This document shows, piece after piece, positions 12,978-26,262 of a stretch of 64,000 bases of DNA (position 1 is the stretch's first letter; each line of letters starts with the position of its first letter). The DNA comes from Auanema rhodensis (taxonomy: Eukaryota > Animalia > Nematoda): the NCBI GenBank assembly GCA_964057225.1, contig OZ059894.1, positions 7,812,001 through 7,876,000 on the forward strand. The letters are read 5' to 3'. Below the pieces are notes generated by a model. The model saw only the letters and a program-made list of their open reading frames with translations, was not told the DNA's origin and made no database searches. The translations under genes were made by a program, and so were the position numbers.

Positions 12978-14518
12978 ATGCCTTCAAGTAGCTCCAGTGA
13001 AACAACTCGTTTGAATCCATTGTTAAATCATGAGGACGGTGCTTCCAAGTTAGTACTAATTATAACTATATTTTCTAATTTATATGAACTTTTTTAATTA
13101 ATTTTCAAACTTCAACAATTTTACCAGATCTCATTCAAGAAACGACGAAGAGTTTGAACAAAAATTGTTAAGAGTTTTCGATGCTTTAGATAAGCTATTC
13201 AATCCAGATAAGGACAAACTTGAGCAACTTTTCAGTATTATGAAGGTTTGGAATAGTTCTAGAAGAACTCATAAAACGATAATGTTTTCAGAAAAAAATT
13301 GAGGAACTTGAAAGCATATTAGAATCTACAAGAGAAGAGAAAAATCGTTTAAGTATAGATGATGAAACGAAGGTTTTTTAAAATTTTTGTCAGCAAACCT
13401 AAGAAGTTTTAGTCAAAAACCTTAAAAGAACAAATGGAGTTGATAACAAGATTGGAAATCAAATCTAAGTCACAAATCGAGGTTATAGATAAGCTTGAAC
13501 GGGATGTTGAGCGTCAGAAAGAGCTTGCTGATCATAGAGAACTACAGTATCAGAACTTGCTCAGAGATAAAGATCGAGAAGAAGACACTTTGAAGAACCA
13601 GCTTGAAAAACTTCGATCAGATTTGGAAATTAAAAAATCCTTGTTAGATGAGCAAACTTCCATAACTAAACGATTGGAAGATCAACGCAATAGCTTGGTA
13701 TGAACTTTTTTTTTTCAATTTTGAAGTTGTCCTGAACATTCTTCTCATTTATTCAAAAATTTTGGGTTAAATTCTTATCTTTGGGAAGAAAAAAAACTTT
13801 TATTGGGTGAGCTCACTGTCCGGTTGCAGCAATCAAGCGTATTATTGGAGAAAATAGCTGAAACTTCGTCCATAATTCTTCAAAAGAAGGAAGAACATGA
13901 TACAATACAAAAGGAACTTTTGGAAAATTCTATAAAACATCAGAAAGAAGTTCAGATAGAATTGGAGAAGATTCAAGAGCTGTATAAGCAAGTGGTTCGT
14001 ACACATACATATCTTATGGAATGAAATAAGCATGATAGCAACTTACTAAACCTCTTAGTTCATGGGCTAGAATACCGTAATTAGTTTTGAAAAAATTGAA
14101 TTTTTAGTTTTTTTGTCTTTAATTTTCCTTCTAAGTTTATAGTTGAATGTTTTCTTTTTAAATATATAAGAATATCAATTTCAGGTTACTCAGCTTCATT
14201 CAATGGAGAAAGAACATGAGAAAGAACTTCTAGAAAAACAACAAATTATTATTAAAATGGAAGAAAATGCTCTTAATATGTCTACTGATATAGTTGCCCT
14301 AAAAGCTAAAGTTTCCGAATGTTGTATTTGCATTACAAACAAAGTATGTTTTTTATATTTTTTTAGACTAAAATTGTGTATTTCAGGCGAATGTTGTTTT
14401 AATACCTTGCATGCATTTGGTTGTTTGTACTGAATGTATACCACTATCCTTAACTCAACGTCCAACTTGTCCATTATGTCGCAGTAATATACATGATACA
14501 ATCAATGTATTTGTCTAA
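12978..14518 (+). CDS. Truncated tandem paralog of the RING gene (coiled coil plus RING only)
   Basis: An in-frame spliced model runs from ATG 12978 (MPSSSSSETTRL, homologous to the post-UBA linker of the upstream gene) through a near-identical coiled coil to a diverged RING (CCICITNKANVVLIPCMHLVVCTEC..TCPLCR) and TAA at 14516-14518. The start is uncertain. Confidence 0.72.
13230..14282 (+). repeat. Near-identical direct repeat of ~10561-11682 (coiled-coil exons and introns)
   Basis: The ORF track shows identical translations at 11203/13803 and 11242/13842. Offset is 2669 before and 2600 after a 69-bp deletion. Confidence 0.95.
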
Positions 14519-15056
14519 TGTCATTTAATCTGATATTGTTTATTTATAAAATGGAAATTATTGTTGTTTATTTATTTCATGTAAATCGAAGAAGTCAAAA
14601 TTTTGCTGATAATAGTTTGTCCTCATTTTTCAATGTTTTCGTTCTTTTCTTAAATTAAATATCAATGCAAACAGAAATAGGAACATATGAAGCTTATAAA
14701 AATTTATTTCATTATTTACGTAAACGTATTTACGTATATTTTTAAAAAAATATAATATATAATGACTAGTATCACAAGTTGACTTTTCTTTTGTTATCAT
14801 GGTCCATATTATAATCATAATAATACTATTTGATAAAAATAATGTTAAAACAATACAATTACAATGAGATCTTCGGGAAGATTCTATATGAGCATTACAT
14901 ACTCTGCTTATATAAAAAATTTACAAGGCAAAGAGCTATGTTAACCCGTACTCTTTTGGCGAAGTAGAATGAATGAATGAGCTATTCAGACAAATATAAT
15001 GACAACGGGATTCAAAACCTGGGAATTTCATCACTAGCTATAATAACATTCTAGTT

Positions 15057-18000
15057 TTAGACATAGGTCATCGAATGATTATTCTGAGGAGTGTTGGGTA
15101 GAAGGAATCCTGGACAACGACTGTCGTCCGGTCTTCCACCACTTCCTGGAGGTGTTCTCCATTGTCTGCTTGGTGCTGTTCCATAACCGCTTTCACGTCC
15201 TTCTTCTTCCCATCTTCGACATGGAGGAGAGTCTTGGGGTAAACGTGTGAGCTCACGTTCTAAACTGATGTCGCTTCCACCAGGAGAATACTCTTGTGGA
15301 GGTGGAGGTGGACGACATGATGGTGGAGGCTTTCTCATTGACATTCGACCTAGCTGGCTCATAGTTGGAGTTACAGGAGGAGGAGGAATGTGGAAATGAG
15401 CTGGTAGAGTGCCACGAGGAGGGATTTCTTCGTAATATTCTGTAGGTGGTCCGGCAAGTCCTTGCTGCCCGACTACTGTATGATAAGCAGTAGATTCAGA
15501 CGGATGAAGACGGAGAGTAGTTGAACCAGAGTGTCGAATACCATTACCATCAACAATGCTTCCAATATAGGATCTGAAAATATAAAAATGAGAAATATTT
15601 CAATACAATATTTATTTTGTTGAATGATGTCAGTTTCTTGCTTCCTTCACACCCCCCCCCCCCAAGCGGAAACAATAGGCATGAAGACATTAAGATTCTT
15701 TGGTTCTCACACATAAATAATTTGTCCTTTCTTTTCTGACTATTATTCTTTATCTTACGTAAACTTTTAATAATTTTCTTTTTTTTGAGATCTTTCTCTC
15801 CACACATTAAATGCCTTTCTAATCAATCAATCGATCATGTTTCATAAGATCTGATGGATGGCAAGTCGATCTGCCTTAGATAGTATTCTGGTCAGTTGTT
15901 TTTATGGGTCACATTTGAGAAACAAATCCAAAACTGACTGTCAGATAGAGAATCATCCATTCATATGGACATAACATTCAAGACAGAACGAGTGATTTAT
16001 TGCCATCGCTCATTTGTCAAAACAAAACAAAAAATCGACGAAAGATATGAGGAAGATATTTTTTGAAGGAAGTTCGTGGAAAACGTATATTTGAAACGAA
16101 AACATACCTAACAGTAGCTGGAGTGGCATGGCTGAACATACGATTTGTGGTTCCATTGTACATGATTAATCCTCCCGTTGGAGAGGTTTTCATTGAATTG
16201 TATGTGAAGACATTGTCAGCTCCACAAGAGATAATAGCATCTAATGAAGATGATGTCTTAGATTTTGAAGTTCTTCTTCTTCTGAAAAAGACAAAATTAG
16301 AATTATATTTAAGAAAATTTTGTTTCTATCTTCTATACAAACTACTATGCAAATTTATTTTTTTAAAAGCAAAAGAAATGTTTACAGTAAATAAAATCCC
16401 GTAATTGTGTTTGTAATTTATTTAATTAAATAGCTTTTCTAGTGTTTTGTATCTTGGCTAATTTATGTTGGTTGACCGAAAAAGACAGCTCTTCGTTTTC
16501 TCAAGCATCTTCTTAATTCCTGTCAATTTAACTGCCCTCATCCCCCCTCCTCAGTTATCCTTCGTATTTCAAAAATCTGTATACATCCGTGAGGAAGTTG
16601 TTAAGAGGACTAATCGACAGACAAGCTTAAGATTCAGGGACAATCGCCTTTTATGGAATGATGAAATTATGTGCTGATGAAGTGGTTTCTTATTCAGACA
16701 CATGCTCCCAGTTCGTACGGCTTTAAGCTCAGAAAATCGCGTGCATCCTTTGCAACTTCCGCACAGCCAGAAGACTTAAATGAACAATAGAACTGAACTG
16801 CTTTTTCAATGAAAATCATTGAGATCTGACTTGTGAATGGCATTTTAATGGAAATTACTCTATTCGAAACTTAACCGAATTCAAGTAAACTTATCGCGCT
16901 AATTTTGGAATATTGAAAACTAGCGTCTTTCTGCCCTGTAATATCTTTGCAGAACCGTGGTCACCCTTCTTCTGCTAAAAGGAGAATTTCCGACATTTTC
17001 CCTTTTTCGAAAATATGCAAATATTCCGACGATTAGCTTGATAGTTTTCTTCATACAGTGTACCTCCTGTGGAGCGATTAGACATGTTTCAGACCGGATC
17101 AATCAAATCGTTGCCAGTCTGAGTATGACAATGACAATGACACCAATGTCGAAAACACATGTCCATTGTTGATATGAAGAAATTCACAAAGAAAATTATT
17201 AATTTGAACAAGCACTATTCGTGTTAATCTAGGAGCAGCGTCCTCTTGAGTGGCCAGTCTCTAGTGCCTTTTCATATATTCTTGTATTCGGAATTCCAGC
17301 TAATTATTCAGCAGGAAAGACCAAAACAAGCATGCAGCTTCTCATATTGTCTGATAATTCGATTAGTAGTCTACTTCGTATGACTAATCGACACTTGACC
17401 CGGGTGGGCTGCTCAGTAAGATGAAGGCGAATAACACCGAAAGAACCAAAACATTCAATGGAATTCTTTATTGCCTCAAGGAAGAAATTGAGAGATTCTC
17501 GATTAAATGAAGAAGTACTGCTAACTAGCCTCTTCTTACATCATTAACTATCAGAATTTACAACAGATTGTTACTTATAAATTGCCTCCCAAACTTTTGA
17601 AGTATCTGTCAAAATGGTTGCGAACCATGTTGCTCGAGCTAGACGCAATCTGCGTACAGATCGTTTATGCCAGATACAGAAGATGAAACCGACTGGAGCT
17701 GTTAACTGGAGTTCAACACAGAGAGCTGTACGGCTTTTACGGTCATTTACAGTCTAAGCACTGGGATCTAAGCGCCGTGATTTACGATGATCTGACCTCG
17801 GAAGCTAGTATTGGGCAACTGGAAAACAGCTGTTTAACTATATACTTCTGTTAGAAGTTCACGCGTCGACGTTGAGATGAAGTAATAAATGATTATTATC
17901 TTTTATTACAACAACGAAGGAGATAGATAATTGAAAAGTTCATAAAACATGGGGACAGGTGAGTTAGCTAGAACGACAGACTAACCAAGATGGATGAGAT

Positions 18001-19969
18001 TATACTGTCTGCACATTCTGCCAATTTTAAACTCTCAAAACAGAAGATATTGACAAACATTAGTCAATATATTAACCAATTGATGATATTAATATTGTCG
18101 AGATGAACAGAAGCTTCAAATCTATCTATTGTTTTTGGAGCACAGTCGATCAAGTTCCAGTAATGGCCGGGTGATGTTTGGAAGGGTGACTGACCCACTT
18201 TGAGCCCAAAGGGTACACTGCCTTGATGGATGAAGTTGTCACTGATCATTCAGTTAATCGAGCTCAATGAGCAATCCATATATGGAAAGCTTGAGCTTGG
18301 ATTATTAATTGCTTTAGAAGCTATTATGGACAGCGGCCTGTTTTATCTGGTCATAGGGGTATGACAGTGTTTGGTGAAGTACTTCGTAATAATACGCTCA
18401 TCCATCTTGAAGCTTGGCACCTGCCTCAGCTTCAGTCAATTAGCTAGTGTTAGTACATTTTCTAATATTTTTACGGTCACTAAGCAAAAGAAACCAAAAT
18501 AATAATTGTTTTTAAATATTATAAAGCAACTATACTTACTTTCCAATCCTGTAGATGAGTGTGACCAGAAGAGTCAGAAGGAATAAACATGTTATAGCTG
18601 CCGTAGCAATTAATGCTCTGCTTGTCAGAGGAAAGTCAGATCCTTTTTTGCCAATATCCGAGATAGAGACAAATGGACTCCATTCACAATCAGGAGCCTG
18701 AAAATAGTGAAAGTTAGGGTAACAGGTTGTAAATGATTCAAGTTGTGTTGGGTGAGCAGATTAGGAACAGGCTGAACCATATGGAAGCAAACGAGAGAGT
18801 TGTCCATAATGTTATTTCCCATTGGGTTTCAATACAGTTCACAATCATAAATTGCATCTGGGTGCCCTGTGGATAAAGAAAGGAGAATAGGAGGACAGTT
18901 TGCAGATGTTGTCCCGAAATAATAATAATAGACGAGAGGAGAATTAGTAAGAAGGATGAAATCCAAATTAGAAAGTTGTCACAGAAGTCAAGTCAATACT
19001 GTCCTCATTATAATCCTTGCTAATCCGAAAAAAAAAACAAAAAACCATATTGTCATGAGAGGGCAGATTCACTGACACTTGACAAGATGCATTCAGCGGA
19101 TTAAAGAATATATTGAAACAAAGGTATATGAATGTGATGAGGAGTTGAGAGGTTAAAACTAAGGATTAGCACACGCATGTTAAGCTTGTCAGGTTGCTAA
19201 ATTGATGCACATGTAAAGCATTGTTTTTGTTATTTTTCAATTTTAGAGCTGTAGAACGATGATTAGCAAGTGAAACGTCAGACTGTCAATCATCTGTAGC
19301 AGCACGAAGCCGCTTTGAACTACATAATCGGCCTCGTTAATTCTATTCATATCATCAGACCATGAAAATGCCGAAACTCTTTGTTCCTTTAAGAATATGG
19401 CGACTTGGGAATTTGTTGCCAGAGGGTACTGAGATGACGTTCGCCTGCCTTTGACGTCCATCTGACAGGAGCGGCAAGACTCAAAGAAATGAAGTCGTCA
19501 CCAGAGCTGACATCAAATTCGAAATCCGTTAGCTGTATTTAGAAGCAGAAATGTCAGCGATGGCTACATGTGGTCATCCTGTCGTTTGGATGCATGAGTA
19601 GTACGTTTGGTTAGAGTATATGTGCAAATGACACATTTTGGCATCGTAATTGAATAGAAATGAAAGCAGTAGCTTTTCTAGATTCTATATAGAAAACGTT
19701 GAAACAATTCAAAAAGCTATCGAGTTCAAAGGAAACGAAGAAAAGAAATTTTCTTTGTATGCAAATTCATTATGATTAAGTATAAAAGAGAAGAACAATG
19801 ATATGTATATGAATGAAAACGTTTGGCTCAATGATCAATGTTTAGAAAAAAATAAGTTTAAACTTACACTTTCAAATTTTTCCTCACTTAGTAGATGCCA
19901 AATAAGGGATGGATCAGGAGGGGGAATCGCTGAGAACGATGGTGGAGCTGATAAACAGTCACAAGTCAT
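15057..19969 (-). CDS. Single-pass membrane protein (~316 aa), short Cys/Pro ectodomain, Pro-rich cytoplasmic tail
   Basis: Four phase-consistent exons with canonical sites: 19969-19868, 18697-18540, 16281-16108, 15573-15057. The TM segment ALIATAAITCLFLLTLLVTLIY is followed by RIGKRRR. The tail contains EYYEEI, IPPPPVTP, RKPPPSCRPPPPP, ESGYGT and C-terminal MTYV. Further upstream exons cannot be excluded (acceptor at 19983). Confidence 0.82.
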
Positions 19970-22900
19970 CGTGTCATTTAATCTTAAAAAAAATAGAAAA
20001 TTAGTAAGATTCATAAGCAACACACAGGCAAACAGAAGACGATACAATAAGAGAAATAACTGATCTGAGCTTGGATAGCCAAGCTCGAGCAGAATGACAA
20101 CGATAATGAAGTAAACCAGATGTGACGCATTGAATATTGTAAATTTACAAGACAGAATAGGTTGTAAATGATAAATATTGAAGAGTTTTGATTAGTCATG
20201 ACCAGAAAGCCATTTTCACGTCATAATATGTTGATCATAAATAGAAGGAGGAGAAGTTAACACGTGAATGGACAAATTCCCAAAATATGCTGATGGAGAT
20301 ATATTCAGATGAATTTTAGAGCAATATTCTAAGAAAAATATGAACTTTGTAGAGAGAAAATGCCATAAAACAGAGCCTGATTGGAGGTGATGATGATTAT
20401 GAACTTGGACAACATTACACACAGATGGGCAGGCTAGGTATGTAGGCGGGGTAATTGGCTAGGCTGAAGTTGCAAGAGCAACTTGTCCAAGATGACGTCC
20501 AAGGGTGCGTTAATCCTCAGGCAGAGAGGAAGATACGAAATAATTATTACCAGTTTAGTCTATATAGATATGAGTAGAGTTGCAAAAGATTGAAAGAAGA
20601 AACAAGAGAGTAAGTAAGAAGGAAAGGATAAGAAAGTTCATTGAGAGATTGTGTTGATGAAATGAGTAATAGATAGAGAGTAGGCTAAACGATGAGAAAT
20701 AGAGAGAAAAGCAAAGAGAGAGAGAGAGAGCAAGAGAAAAGTAATAGAAAAGAAGTAAATAAAGCGAAATTCACATCTATGGATATGCGTACTATAAGAC
20801 GCAATTGTCCTCCTTCGTCTATAGTTTTACGAGTTTCGCGAGAAGAGGATCGACCTTGTAGCGGCTCAGTGTATGCGTGGAAATACAAAATAGAATGAAA
20901 TCTACCATGTAATTATGAGAATCGTCTGGATGATGATGACCATATTTAGGATCGTAGTAGAGAAAATTGAGTTGTTCTGGTAGTTACTAGTTCAACTTTC
21001 TCGTCACCTTTAGCCTATAAACTTAGGAGGCCACAATGATTAATCTAACTCACAGCAAGGAAGTTGTTTAACTCTCCAAAAAAGCTTTAATTACATAATA
21101 GTGTATGTTCTTATTCAAGAATATTGATGAGCTAATTGAGATAAATGAGTATTATAGACCATCGAATAGTTGAATCTGAGTTGACTGTGCACAATGAGTT
21201 GCACTAAGCTGACAGAAGGCTCGACATCAACGTTATTGCACCAGAATTGGCATCATCTGGCACATGCTTTGCACTATATCCAGGAGTCAGTTGCAAAACA
21301 AAATCTTTTCGCCATATTTTGCATTAATTATGCGCATAGTTGAATTTGATCCTTGTTCCCCAGGTAAAAGGGCGGAAAATTTGGGCCATTATCTTGAAAT
21401 CGAAGTCGCAAGTTGAGAATATGAAACTTTGCGCTAATTTCGAAAAGTTGACAGACAGTTCAATTGAAGATTGATGTTATGTGTAATTAGTTTGTCAACT
21501 AAATGAACTCACTAAGATCTGAACTAGCTAAATGTCCGAATACTGGATATGAGAAGACTACTTTAGATTTCATTCTTCTGCAAAAAGCGAAAGAGGATGT
21601 TTTTTTCGCAGAAAAAAAGGAGAAAAGAAACATCGCAGGAGATGAGTCCAATTTTTTTCTGAATCATATCTCGAAAGTTCCCAGAGGATGAGTAATAATA
21701 TATGGTTTAAGAGCGGGAAAATATAAATTTTGTGTATATGAACTTGAAAATAATATAATAAATTATATTTAAACTTATACATATACATATTTACATATTC
21801 AAAATTAAGTTTTTGAAAATGGAAAGAGAAAAACAGTTCATACGATCTGCTTAATTTGGATTTTGATGACAGAAGGTCGTCCCTCGAGGGAATAGCTACT
21901 AAAGCCTTGCAGAATAGACAACGATGAGCTAATTTTCTAACGGAATCGATGCTATCTGTGCCTCATTTAGTAAGGGATGTGTAGCTAAACACTACTTATT
22001 AGGATGTTTGATGAGTTGAGGACCGGATCGGATCTTGGAGCTGGAGGCTTGTTGTAGATTGGAAGAAATGCTAAGAGAAGAACTGAGTAGCCTAATGAGC
22101 CAGCGGTCCCGTCGGGAAGAAAATAGAAACAAAATCGAGAAAGTGCTGTTGCAAAGAATTGGAAGAAGACAACTAAAAGAATTACAAGTTAAAACGATGA
22201 AGTTGACGTTCAATCCAAGTGAGGTTGAGCAGGATGGTTTGCTTCAATTCTTAAAGGTTGGATGTAGAAACGAAGCGTGAAACAGCATTTTTCTGATCAA
22301 AATAGCTTGTACACAACGCCAATGATATGTTGTGTTTACAGAGCAATAAAGAGTATTCTGATACAAAAAAGAAATTTTTGCGAATATTAGATGACATGGT
22401 GGCCCATAAAATGAATTGGATTGTCAATGATTTGTGGAAAATATTTCATACCATTAGGCAAATATTCACAGAAAAGTGAGAAAAAAGATCAAAAAAAAGA
22501 CAATAAAGTTAGTATATTAAGTAAAAGCTGTGAGAAAATCTTACTAGTTACTGTACGAGAGCGACATATTTGGACAAGGTTGTCGAAGCCAGTGGGAGCT
22601 ATTTTCTATCGTCGGCATGGCTTTGCAAATATACGTGGGAACACTAGCAGAACAGAATAAAGAAAAGGATTAATACAGATGAGAAGAGAAGCTTTGAAGA
22701 ATAAATATGAAAAATTGAAAATAGACTAGCAGTTTGAAGGAAAAACTTTGAAGTATTGGGATGGACAGTCGGAAAAGTGAAGGATACATACAGTGCTTAG
22801 TTTGAATAAAGATGAATTGAGATGAAGGAAAAAATAGTTTGAATAGCAAACCATTAGCAGAAAAAGCTGTAAGCTTGAAAAAGACAGTAAAGTTTATCAT

Positions 22901-25900
22901 ATAAATATGTATTTCTAACAAATAGATCAAAATAAATAGAATGAGTGATGTTTTCGCAAGGACAGTCGACATGTTTTGTCTTCTTTACGTTATCATGGAG
23001 AGATATGATGAGAAAGAAATATATTAAAAGAGATAATTAAATAGAAAGAGATTGTAGGATAGTTATAGAGGGAATATGAGAGAAAAGAAATTGACGGATG
23101 CGCAAGGTGCTAAAGACGTATTCGAACAAAAAGGATCCAACAGTCATAATATGAATGATTAGAATCAGATAGTATAGAGAAGAATAGCACATAGCTAACC
23201 ATATAACTAATGGTTTTGCGGTACAGGTAGATGATTTCATGAAGTCGTTCATCAAATAGCGATGATGGTGACGATGACGAGCAATGTAGTGACGGATTCG
23301 TCTTCCCTCCCCTTGGCTCAACTGATGACCCGAGGAGGGCGGGTCGTAGACTCGCCGTGTAGGCGGGGCCAAGCTGTTATGCCTACCTCTGTGTAGAGAC
23401 TAGGAGGATTAACAGGTTCATGCTGTAAAAGGATACAATATGATATAGTGCTAATATGGTTCACGAGAGAGCGAGAGCAATCATGATGGTTGTAAACGAG
23501 AAAAACGGATCATCTGGTGGCAATTGGTTTGGGATGACTTGAATTTGGCTTGCCGTCTGTTAAGCAGAGTCAGAAGAACATGACATGCCATATTTGGTAT
23601 AAAATTGATATGTGATAATAATAAATCAAAAGGTGAATTACATCTGGCATACGAAGCATGTCAACCTTTCTGACATGGTTTGGCAGAATGACAATCTGAT
23701 GTCTGGAGTGAAAGCTGAATGAAAGGAAGACATTGAAAGTTTTTCCCCGGAAAAATTCACAGAACTATGACTAAGAAAGCAATAAAATTCTCGAGGAAAA
23801 GAAGAACAAGTTCGTTATGAAGTATTGGCAGAACAACATGAAAAGATAGCCGATTCTGTGAAGCGTTGCTGTATAAAATGACGATAAGCAGATTGAATGA
23901 AGACCACGAAGAAGGCTTTTCAGAAGCTGAATAGACGTCTGTTCTTCTCTGTTCACGCCTCGCTTATTCAATTCACGCTGCTCTTATAGTTCTTCTTAAA
24001 GCCCTAGGAACAGCAGCAAGTCTTTGAAATTCGTTAACGAAATACACAAGTGGTAATAGAAAAAATATAAAACAAGAGAAAGTGGATGAAAATGTTGAAA
24101 GTTTGCATACGCCGCTTACTAGCTACTATGCTGTTTTGCGGCTTTCCATTTATCAACCAAATTTTCATCTTAATGTAGCTTAAAAACCTTAGCAAAGAAC
24201 ATATGCTTCAATCGGTATATCGGAACTAAGTCAAAGACATCTGGTGCCAAATATCCGTGTAGAACATTCGACAGATGACATATCTTCGGGAGCAGAAAAA
24301 AAACCTGAAACGATACCGACAGAATTCAGGCAAACACATAAAGATGATGACACTTGCTCGTTGATGAGAAGAGTCCGTTTCAGATAATGCTGTTAGTCTG
24401 GGATTCAAGTTAGTTTCAGATGAAGAGGATGGTCAACTTGAGTTTGTCGTGGTGACCGGATTCAAACACACTGAACTGGGCCCGTGAATATCTTTATTCA
24501 CAGATATATCTAAGATAATTTACGGAAGATGAATTCATCATTTTCTCCAAATGAGGACAGACTTCCTTGCCCTTTGAATAAACCAAAGACAATTTTCAAA
24601 ATCGTTTTCTCCTCACTTTTTTCAAGTTCTCATCACTAAGACACATTTGAGATATTCAATCGCATATTAGAGGAAAACGATGTCCGTTATGAATACTGCA
24701 TGAGTAAAAGGCTACGAGGTGTTCTGGCAGAAAATGAGAGCAAAACTTTGGTTTTTAGTTCAAATTAGCACTTCTATTCAATCGATTTAATGTATTTTCT
24801 TTACTGTTTATGATTATTTTTCATAGAACTTCCGGTCCGTACGTCTATAAGGGAGTAAGGCTAAGTCAAATTAGTTGACCTTTCAGATAAGATCTTTAAT
24901 TCTGAGAAAATGGTGCGCCTAACTTTGACTCTATACATCATAGTCAGTTTGTATAAGACATTCAGAAAAACTTCTTTTTTCATTGAATCTTCTGGCAAAG
25001 CTGTGGAAACGTAATCTGGGCATATTAGCAACAATCAGAGCCGAGTTTTCAACACAAAGACGACGTGGCAAATGCGATTTGGCGATTGGCCAGAGCCAGG
25101 CTGTAGACTTCTACCACTACCAGAAAACATAACTCAATTTGGTTGCTGAAAGCTGCAATCTGCACATCCCTCTCTATCCCTCTATCTCTCTGATCCTCTG
25201 CTTCTCATGAGCTCACTATTCATTCATTTTCGTTTTCTCTCAATCACTCGGTCTTTTTCTCTTTTTCTCTCTCATTGACTCTCTATCATGTTAGTCTGTT
25301 GGTCATACATGTACTGAAGAAGAAGAAAACGGAGAAGAAGAGGCAAAAGCCCAGAAAACGACAAGCTAATTCGGGAATCCGGCATGATGATAGAGAAAAG
25401 TATATGTACATCCATATAAAAGTAAAAATAGAATTAGCTTTTGAAGTGTTTATGAAGAAGGAGAAAAACCGTTAGCGTCGATAAAGACAGAAGGTCAAGA
25501 TTGGAATAAACTAGTATTAGGTTTAATCAAACAGTTAAATGAATCAAAAGGAAAAGCTTGATTAGCTGAATTGGTTATACAGCTATGAAGCTTTGATTTG
25601 TATTAGTTCTGTATAGTACATTACTGAATGAAATCTTGAAGGAAGTGCAAAGATTGGTTGAATATGGAGAAGGGAAGCGGAATCTCAGCTGCATAACAAG
25701 CTGGAGGAAAAAAACTGAAATTTGGAAGAATATGGCTCGTGTACATGACATGAAACAGAGACCGGAGCTAATAACGGAGATTCGGCTATCAAAAAGCGGC
25801 TACAATTTAACAAAACCATATATAGATAGATAGATAGAACAGAGCAATCAATAGACCATAAAATGCTTTCAGAAATGGCTGACAGGATAATAATATAACG

Positions 25901-26221
25901 GAAAGAAGGCCGACGGTCCTCATCTGGCTCTGGTAATAGGATAATGTCGTCACAGGTGTTTTCGTTGTCGACTAAGAGAGACCTCTGACCGTATATGGTA
26001 GAAAAGAAAAAAACAATCATATTTTCTTTTAGATCAACAGATATAGTTAGATATTAGTTATGGCATAAGGATTAACTTGTGAATACTTATTGTAGTTTGA
26101 ATTAATATTGTGTATTGAAGATATGAGCTTAACAATACTACGAATAGCTAACAGATAAATGATGACCGACAAAGTAAATCTTAAAATAAACTTTTCTGAA
26201 GAATTGACTTAAGGTAAAGAG

Positions 26222-26224
<3 letters not shown>

Positions 26225-26258
<34 letters not shown>
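26225..26258 (+). repeat. (GA)n microsatellite
   Basis: About 17 perfect GA units. Confidence 0.95.

Positions 26259-26262
<4 letters not shown>

Noticed and set aside
15652-15663. C12 tract (G12 on the minus strand) in an intron
   Set aside because: Too short for a confident three-tier G-quadruplex; treated as a simple homopolymer.
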